In this document: one piece after another, positions 1 through 7,242 of the stretch
Layout: every line of letters begins with the position of its first letter
Numbering within the stretch: the first letter of the stretch is position 1
Assembly: GCA_020184695.1 (NCBI GenBank)
Contig: JAANOX010000160.1
Location: forward strand, 1 to 12,753
Source of the DNA: Histomonas meleagridis 2922-C6/04-290x
Lineage: Eukaryota; Protista; Parabasalia
Length of the DNA stretch: 12,753 nucleotides
Reading direction: 5' to 3'
Position numbers and translations under genes: made by a program
Notes under the pieces: model-generated
What the model saw: only the letters and a program-made list of their open reading frames with translations
Databases searched by the model: none
What the model was told of the DNA's origin: nothing

Positions 1-120
1 CTGTATTAACAACAAAAATTAACAGTATGATTATAGGAAAAATAACTTCAATAATTGATAATAATACAGTAGCTGTTTTTAAAGGATAATTAAAAATAAT
101 ATATTTGAAATCTCTTATTT

Positions 121-2518
121 TTAATCATTGTCATCTTCTTCAACATCTTGTGTTTGATGATATATATTTTTATATTCATCTTTTAGAAAGTAACAATAAC
201 ATAATTCGCTTTCTCTACGGACTCTTTTTCTATCACATTTATCTTTTAACTGTAATTGAAAAGACCTCATTTTAATCTCATAAGGTTTATTAAATAATGC
301 ATCACTACAAAGCCAACCCTCACATAATTTATTATAATTATCACAAATAAATTGTTCTACAGTATTTCTTGATGCTTCTATTAAATCTTGTTTAGCTTCT
401 GTTACAGGTATAATTCTGGGATTATAATTATTAATATCTCTTTTTAATAAATATGTTAATAAATGATTATAAAACTCAGGAGTAAAACTGTCATACATTT
501 TTGTCCAAAAATCATGATTATTTTTATATTTACCGTTACATAATAATACGACATATCTTCTGTCATCTGATTCAATTTTAATAGGATAACTGTTATTAGT
601 AACAAATATACAATTAGCAACGTTTTTCAGAAGTTCTTCTGGGTTGATTTTTCTCGTTAATTCTAATAGTTTTATCAGTAATAATTGATTTTAAAGCATC
701 AAAATTTGCAAGTCTGTCTTCACCTACATTTTTTAATTCATTTAATACTAACAACATTTTACTTTCAACAACGCTGTTAAAGTTACCCGTTAATTCTCCT
801 ATTTGATTAATATTTTTTTCACTATATCCGCTTAATAATTCACAAATAACGTCAGTAAATGTATTTTTACCAATTCCTTGTAAACCTTTAAGAACAATAG
901 CTGTTTCAGTCTTTTTTCCGGGATTTTGTATTATATAAGATATCCAATTCAATAAATAGTTATATACATCATTATTGTTATCAGCAATTACTTCTTTAAT
1001 CATATTTAAGAAATTAGATATTATATCTATGTTTATTTTATCAACAGATTTGTATTTATAACCTTGAAATATAGAAAATATATCTTTTTCATTATTACTG
1101 TAAAATTTAATTCCTTTTACGGTCAGTTTAGATTTATAAGCTAAAAAAGCATCATATGCTGTAATATTCCTTTTACCGTCTTTCCAAAGTTTAATCATTT
1201 TAAGTAATTCTTTCATATTAGTATTTGTCATATAACCAATAACATATTTATTATTATGAATATCAAATGTTTTAATAATAAACATTAAATTATTGCTTTC
1301 TACCAATCTAATTACCTTTGATAAATCTTCAATAACGTCTTTATAACATTTATATATATGTCTTTCTGCTTTAGAACTAATATTTGTTATACTAAAATTA
1401 TCATTAAGATCAATGTTATGTATTATGTTTTCATCAGTATTATTTTTAATGAATTTCTTATAATAATCTTCATTATAAAGTTTAATTATTTTAATTAAAA
1501 CTCCGTAATGAGTTTGTAAATGCATATATCTACATTTAGCTATATCATAATTTGATTTAGCATTAGGTGTTAAATTGCAATTATTATATACATAATCATA
1601 AGCTTCATCAATAACTTCATTTGGTAAACTGTTAATTGCTTGAAACAGTACATATAATGTAATTTCTTTTGATAAAGGTCTATTATATGCATCGTTATGT
1701 ATTTCAAAACCTTCTAAACCGTGTATTAATGTTCTTGCAAATTCAACAGTAATATTATCAGAATCATTATACATTTTAACAATATCTTTAATTTCTTGAG
1801 GTTGTTCAACAGTAATTTTAATATCAAGATCCTTTAATATATCATTAACAGTTCTGATAATATGACTCTTACAATTACCTCTGATAAATTCATATGTTGA
1901 TACAGGTGATTTATGATCTTTTCTTACTTTAGATCCGGGCAGAACTACTAATGAACGTTTTGTTTCATCAACAGATGAAAATATATCAATATTATAGTCA
2001 TTTGATTCATAACACTTAATCATACGGTTATTTGTTGTATAAAATTCATCAGTATTACAATATATATGTAAACCTCCGGAAGCTGTTTTAACAATAATAT
2101 CATCATCAGATAATTTACTTAATATATTATTACGTATTTTATCTTTAGTATCGTTATCTAAAGATTTGTTAATATCAATGTCTATAACAGATAAGTTCTT
2201 TATCATATTGTTTAATAAAGCTTTGCCTGTAATAATATTGCGTCCAGATGATGATTTTTTATCAAATTTATTGTAATTATATAAATTTACAATATTTTTA
2301 CCAATACGTTGTTTTAAAGTTGAATTTATATAGTTATTTTTGTCGTGCAGCTCATTATCTACAGGACTATTATCAATCATTTAATCAAGGATTTTGTCAA
2401 TACGTTTTTCTTCGGGACTCATATCAAGCATTTTATCAAAGATTTTGTCAATACGTTTTTCGGTAGTTTCATTATCAACATCTGAGTTTGAAGTTGTCTC
2501 TGCCACTTGTTGCTTCAT
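121..2518 (-). pseudogene. Prim-Pol (bifunctional primase-polymerase) + D5-like SF3 helicase, Maverick/Polinton/NCLDV-type; disrupted, about 798 aa if repaired
   Basis: The N-terminal part has VIDID and KTASGGLHIY primase motifs. Walker A is GLQGIGKN (863-886) and Walker B is LLVLNE. Removing one base from the T5 run at 623-627 gives ENVANCIFVTNN (SF3 motif C) and DDRRY (Arg finger), in frame with ORF 121-498. An in-frame upstream segment MKQQVAETT...KRIDKILD starts at ATG 2518 and ends at TAA 2383-2381, directly before the annotated ATG at 2380. Confidence 0.9.
2381..2461 (-). repeat. 51-bp (17-aa) tandem duplication in the primase-helicase N-terminus
   Basis: GATTTTGTCAATACGTTTTTC occurs at 2390 and 2441. 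The translation is EKRIDKIFDKMLDMSPE / EKRIDKILD*MIDNSPV, and the stop aligns with Lys (AAA) in the first copy. Confidence 0.85.
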
Positions 2519-2722
2519 GATATTTTATATAATATAAAAAAAATAAAACAATAATTTAAAAACATAACGCTTTTTCAAACATATAATTACAACATATTTC
2601 AAACAGGTAATTACAAAAAATAAGTGATATTGAAAAGCAATATTTCAAACAACAGCCTTGAAATGTTAAAATAAAGGAAGTGAATATTTTCACCTACTTA
2701 TTTTCAACAGAATTATTTTTCA

Positions 2723-2820
2723 ACAGATAATTACAAACAATAGGTCTCAAACAGGTGATTACAAACAGATAATTACAAACAATAAGTCTCAAATAATAAG
2801 CCTCAAACAATAGGTCTCAA
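2723..2820. repeat. Seven degenerate 14-bp tandem repeats (iteron-like)
   Basis: Units are ACAGATAATTACAA, ACAATAGGTCTCAA, ACAGGTGATTACAA, ACAGATAATTACAA, ACAATAAGTCTCAA, ATAATAAGCCTCAA, ACAATAGGTCTCAA, in exact 14-bp register. Related partial units occur near 2581-2650. Confidence 0.85.
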
Positions 2821-2889
2821 ACAGTATAACTTCGAAAAGCCATATTCTCGAAATAAATATTTCAATAAAAGTAAATTTATATTATTTTT

Positions 2890-2990
2890 AATGTGTTCTC
2901 CTTTGTTCTTTTTTGTTCCCGGTTCTCAAACTTCAGACGAACTTTAAAGGGCAAAATGGCGAAAGGGCAACATTAACAGATTTATTTTTA
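2890..2990 (+). repeat. Diverged same-orientation homolog of the TIR core motifs
   Basis: AGGGCAACATTAACAG is identical at 2964-2979 and 3259-3274. Both are preceded by GGGCAA repeats and by a TGTTC(T/C)CC..TTGTTC..CCCGG tract in the same order. Confidence 0.65.
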
Positions 2991-3084
2991 AAAATTAACG
3001 TCTAAAGCCTCATTTTTGACGGTATTAGCCTCAAAAAGCCTTATTTTCAATAGCATGACCGTAAAAAGTGCTATTTTTGAGTAC

Positions 3085-3623
3085 CTGTATTGAAGAAATC
3101 TTATTTTTAATTAATATTCAACGTATCAAAAGTACAGTAAATTAACCTTGAATTTCATAGATAATTGAATGTTCCCCTTGTTCCTGCTTGTACCCGGGTT
3201 CATGACATTACCTTAAGAGTTAGGGGCAAAGGGCAACTGGGCAACAGATTTTGGCAACAGGGCAACATTAACAGCGTATTTTGGGCATGTGTATACAAAC
3301 ATCCCCCTAATAATTCATGTATTTTATAGTATGTTCCTTCCTAGTTCTTATATGAGAATATATAAATATAGAAATTGATTTAATAAGCATAAAGCATTTT
3401 GCCGATTGCTTATTGCCGATTTGCCTTTTGCCCTCAACTTTTAGATGAAGTTTGTTCCCCCCAGAACATCTAGGAACAGAGAACATCATTTTAAAATATA
3501 ATTTTTGAAGTAATATGAATTATCATTATCATGTAAGGATATATGACTTCAAAATACTAACTTTTAAAAACCTAATATTTATCATTATCATGTAAGGACA
3601 CATACTTCAAAATTCAACTTTTA
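3085..3623 (+). repeat. Left terminal inverted repeat (539 bp)
   Basis: Reverse complement of 12215-12753. Manual alignment shows 11 substitutions and no indels (528/539). Begins CTGTATTGAAG. Confidence 0.97.
3520..3623 (+). repeat. Direct repeat pair (about 45 bp, period 59) at the inner end of the TIR
   Basis: TTATCATTATCATGTAAGGA..AT.ACTTCAAAAT..AACTTTTA at 3520-3566 and 3579-3623, mirrored in the right TIR. Confidence 0.85.
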
Positions 3624-3876
3624 TTCTCGAAGCGAATGAGAATGAGCTGAGAGCACACACCGGAGCGAAGCGGAGTGCAGGGTGAAACGAAGTGGAGTCC
3701 CTGCTGTGTGTGTATGTGTGTATATCTTCTGGTTTCCATTCTTGTAATTTATTATCTGAAATATATTGTAACGTATCATTTGTGAATCTTTCTGTTAATT
3801 GTGTAACTGCACGCTTGATTTCTTCATCCATGTTATCAAAGATTTTATCCATCATTCCTTGATCGTAAATAAACAT
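3607..3876 (-). CDS. Small hypothetical protein; the N-terminal 50 aa look helical and the 3' part reads through hairpin/microsatellite sequence into the TIR
   Basis: 89-aa ORF divergent from the RNase III-like gene. MDKIFDNMDEEIKRAVTQLTERF is protein-like. No family recognised. Confidence 0.35.
   Translation of the reverse strand: MFIYDQGMMDKIFDNMDEEIKRAVTQLTERFTNDTLQYISDNKLQEWKPEDIHTYTHSRDSTSFHPALRFAPVCALSSFSFASRIKVEF
3677..3704. other. GC-rich stem-loop with GAA/TTC triloop, left sub-terminal copy
   Basis: Outer stem GCAGGG (3677-3682) / CCCTGC (3699-3704), inner AC-GAA-GT (3687-3693), followed by a TG tract. Homologous in inverted orientation to 12070-12112. Confidence 0.7.
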
Positions 3877-3968
3877 TCAAAATTCAAAATGTCAAAACTG
3901 ACAAGTTTTAGTCACTTTTACAAATGGTTGGCATTCTTTCAAATTGATATTTGTGCTTATTTAAATAA

Positions 3969-5957
3969 ATGCAACAAGAAATAAATAATCAGCAACTTTA
4001 TCCAAGAACACAAAATCAGCAAATGTATCAAGAAATATCAAATCAACAAATCCCGCAACAAAATTTAAGTGCACAAAATTATCAACCGAGACAACAATTT
4101 TCAAATCCTCAAAATTCATATCACCAAAATTATCAACCACGAATAATACCTCAAACATATCAACAAAATCCAAATTTACAAATTTTAAATCAACAAATTC
4201 CTCAGCCAAACTCAAATCCGCAAAATTACCAGTCAAATCAAAACCCAAATCAGGCAATGCTGCAGCTGAATCCAAACCAGCCAATGCAACAGTTAAATCC
4301 GAATCAGCCAATACGACAGATAAATCCGAATCAGCCAATACGACAAATAAATCCAAATCAGCCAATACGACAGATAAATCCAAACCAGCCAATGCAACAT
4401 ATAAATCCAAATCAGCAAATGCAACAGATAAATCCAAACCAGCCAATGCAACAGTTAAATCCGAATCAGCCAATACGACAGATAAATCCGAATCAGCCAA
4501 TACAAGAAATAAATCCGAATCAGCCAATACGACAAATAAATCCAAATCAGCCAATACAAGAAATAAATCCGAATCAGCCAATACGACAAATAAATCCAAA
4601 CCAGCAAATGCAACAGATAAATCCAAATCAGCAAATGCAACAGTTAAATCCGAATCAGCCAATACGACAGATAAATCCGAATCAGCCAATACAAGAAATA
4701 AATCCGAATCAGCCAATACGACAAATAAATCCAAATCAGCCAATACGACAGATAAATCCAAACCAGCCAATGCAACATATAAATCCAAATCAGCAAATGC
4801 AACAGATAAATCCAAACCAGCCAATGCAACAGTTAAATCCGAATCAGCCAATACGACAGATAAATCCGAATCAGCCAATACAAGAAATAAATCCGAATCA
4901 GCCAATACGACAGATAAATCCAAATCAGCCAATACGACAGATAAATCCAAACCAGCCAATGCAACATATAAATCCAAATCAGCAAATGCAACAGATAAAT
5001 CCAAACCAGCCAATACGACAGATAAATCCAAATCAGCCAATACGACAGATAAATCCGAATCAGCCAATACGACAGATAAATCCAAACCAGCCAATGCATC
5101 TACAAAACATCAATCAGCAAATGTATCAACAAAATTTCAATCAGCCAATGCAACAGATAAATCCGAATCAGCCAATGTATCAGCAAAGCTTCAATCAGCC
5201 AATGCAGCAGATAAATCCGAATCCGCAAGTGCAACATCTAAGTCCAAATCAGCAAATGCAGCAGATAAATCCGAATCCACAAATGCAACATCTAAGTCCA
5301 AATCAGCAAATGTATCAGCAAAGCTTCAATCAGCAAATGCAACATCTAAGTCCAAATCCTCAAATGTATCCACAAAGCTTCAACCAGCCAATGCAGCAGA
5401 TAAATCCGAATCCGCAAATGCACCCGCAAAACATCAATCCGCAAATGTTTCATATAAGTCCAAATCCGCGAATCCGCATAATCGGTCCAAACCGACAGAA
5501 CCCTGAGATGCCACGAAAGAATAAATCGAATCGTTCACCGAACCGTGTCGAAAGCATAATATGTTACACCTTCAACAACATCTTTCTTCTCAACTGCGCA
5601 TTAGCCGGAGACGCTAACGAAGGCGACAACATCCAAAAGTTCGAGCGAATGAAACTGGTTGGCAAATCATTTCTCTACTTCAGCATGACCGAGTACCTAT
5701 GCAATCAGTTCTCTGAGCTAAATGAGGACGAACTGACGAAACTTCGCGCTGAAATACACCAAAACGATACGCTCAAAAGGTTCACGCGACAATTGGGAAT
5801 CGACAAATACATTACGTCGAACGAAACGCAGCTGCAGGATACATTTAAGGCAATTGTGGCCGCAATTTATATGGACGGAGGGCAGAAATGCGCAAAGAAA
5901 TTTGTGTTCCGTATGATGCGGAATGAAATTATACATATTGAAACAGAGAAATTATGA
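3969..5957 (+). CDS. Q/N/P-rich repeat protein with C-terminal catalytically inactive RNase III-like domain
   Basis: Intact 662-aa ORF. The C-terminal ~130 aa (about 5550-5930) match the RNase III pattern: YTFNN..LL..AL, ERMKLVGK in place of ERLEFLGD, ELTKLRA...N..L....LGIDKYI, and DTFKAIVAAIYMDGG in place of D..EA..GA.YLD.G. No dsRBD follows. Confidence 0.88.
   Translation: MQQEINNQQLYPRTQNQQMYQEISNQQIPQQNLSAQNYQPRQQFSNPQNSYHQNYQPRIIPQTYQQNPNLQILNQQIPQPNSNPQNYQSNQNPNQAMLQLNPNQPMQQLNPNQPIRQINPNQPIRQINPNQPIRQINPNQPMQHINPNQQMQQINPNQPMQQLNPNQPIRQINPNQPIQEINPNQPIRQINPNQPIQEINPNQPIRQINPNQQMQQINPNQQMQQLNPNQPIRQINPNQPIQEINPNQPIRQINPNQPIRQINPNQPMQHINPNQQMQQINPNQPMQQLNPNQPIRQINPNQPIQEINPNQPIRQINPNQPIRQINPNQPMQHINPNQQMQQINPNQPIRQINPNQPIRQINPNQPIRQINPNQPMHLQNINQQMYQQNFNQPMQQINPNQPMYQQSFNQPMQQINPNPQVQHLSPNQQMQQINPNPQMQHLSPNQQMYQQSFNQQMQHLSPNPQMYPQSFNQPMQQINPNPQMHPQNINPQMFHISPNPRIRIIGPNRQNPEMPRKNKSNRSPNRVESIICYTFNNIFLLNCALAGDANEGDNIQKFERMKLVGKSFLYFSMTEYLCNQFSELNEDELTKLRAEIHQNDTLKRFTRQLGIDKYITSNETQLQDTFKAIVAAIYMDGGQKCAKKFVFRMMRNEIIHIETEKL
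4263..5477 (+). repeat. Coding 27-bp (9-aa, QINPNQPIR-type) tandem array
   Basis: 31 core units at 4263-5099 plus 14 degenerate in-register units to 5477. A 189-bp (7-unit) higher-order repeat starts at 4641 and 4830. Confidence 0.97.
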
Positions 5958-6035
5958 GAACGTTCTCAATTCAATAATGTGTCAAAATTTGTACACAATA
6001 AATATGTTGCTAATTTTTTTGAGAAAAAGAAGAAA

Positions 6036-6125
6036 AACATGTTTAAAATTTTATTCATATTGGTATCAGCTCTTGCTCAGCAACATGTTTAAAATTTTAT
6101 TCATATTGGTATCAGCTCTTGCTCA
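6036..6125 (+). repeat. Exact 44-bp tandem duplication (period 46)
   Basis: AACATGTTTAAAATTTTATTCATATTGGTATCAGCTCTTGCTCA at 6036-6079 and 6082-6125. Confidence 0.95.
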
Positions 6126-6225
6126 ATAATAATGTTGGTATTCGGGTATATGATGAATGCTGCTGGGAGTTATGATATAAATTTCCATGTTTTTTGATCT
6201 GAACCGTATAACTTGTAAAAAATTT

Positions 6226-6445
6226 CGTGCTTACGCATTTTTGGAGATCTCTCGAAACTTTTCGGTACTTATATGGTTCTGCTTCTTTCCGGGAGCTCTA
6301 TCCAGTGGTGCGCTTTTCCCTTCTCTAAGTTGCTCAGGTGAAAAAATAAAAAATCCATCCGCGCTGCTGGAATTTGGTGTTTATTTACGTATATTAGCGC
6401 TCACTAGAATGAGTATGTATTGTATAATGACGCGTCCGTCTTAAC
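6226..6445 (-). other. 3' UTR of retroelement copy B
   Basis: Follows the stop at 6446 and is highly similar to 10267-10531, the segment between the stop and poly(A) of copy A. Confidence 0.7.
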
Positions 6446-7219
6446 CTATGGTAGGTTGACCCTACTATTATGATCCATATTATTGCTGGCCTTCGGGGTG
6501 ACCGTAACCGTTTTGACTGTTCGTGTCACTTTTTTCTTTTTGTTATTCTTTTTTATAGTAGAATTATTAACCATTTCTTCTTTCTTCTTCTCATTGATCG
6601 CATAGTGTGAAAGTCTTGACGGATGTTTAACTTTCATTTGTTTCCGTATTTCATCAATACTTATTCTTTTGAGGGTTGAGTTCATCTTCGTTGAGTTATC
6701 TTCTCTTTTCTTTGTTTTGTTTCTATCTATAGTAAATACCTTTTTTCCTATTATAGATTTTTGTTTATTACCTTTTTTAACTGGTTTGTTGTGATTTAAT
6801 TTATTGTACTTATTTTCTGCTTCTTTTAATGCAAATCTTATATATTTTTTTCGTTCTTCTTCATTCGTATCTGAAGGTTCTGAATTAGAAAATATATCTG
6901 AGGAATATACCTCTTCTAGTTCTTCTTCTATTTCTGGATTATAATTATCTTCATTCATAACATTAAAATTATCTTCTTCTTCTTCTTTTTCTAAATTAAT
7001 GTTCAAATTATTGTTAATATTCTTATTTTTATTTTTGTCTTTCTCGTATACTTTATAAAATATTGACATTGATTCTCTCAGTGCTGCAATAACACATCTT
7101 TTAGATACTAGATGTATCAACCTTTTATTTCCATTGAATGATCTTTTCGAATCTTTAGTTGTTTGATATGGGATGATACCTAATGATGAGATAATAATTA
7201 TATAAAAGTCTACTTTCAT
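6446..7219 (-). pseudogene. RLE C-terminus plus ~200-aa acidic-then-basic extension (copy B)
   Basis: VDFYIIIISSLGIIP...KRCVIAALRES is the RLE end, frameshifted from ORF 7243-7818. The tail is homologous to ORF 10532-11164. Confidence 0.8.
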
Positions 7220-7242
7220 ATTAAGTCAATTTTTGCATAACT

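Noticed and set aside
623-627. Programmed ribosomal frameshift in the helicase gene
   Set aside because: It would need a +1 shift with no recognisable stimulatory signal, and the gene has an independent nonsense lesion. Mutation or homopolymer error is simpler.
3307-3489. Twin 60-aa ORFs at 3307-3489 and 12349-12531
   Set aside because: Near-identical only because they lie in the TIRs. No motif or coding evidence.
3961-5094. 377-aa minus-strand ORF (LADLDLSVV repeats) and the W/Y-rich ORFs at 4455-5099
   Set aside because: Shadow frames of the 27-bp coding array. The plus-strand frame is the one that continues into a recognisable domain.
4263-5099. Possible CRISPR array
   Set aside because: Units are contiguous with no unique spacers, are a multiple of 3 and lie in a coding frame.
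5550-5930. Annotation as active RNase III (rnc) or Dicer
   Set aside because: Three of four catalytic acidic residues are Lys, and there is no dsRBD, PAZ or second RNase III domain.
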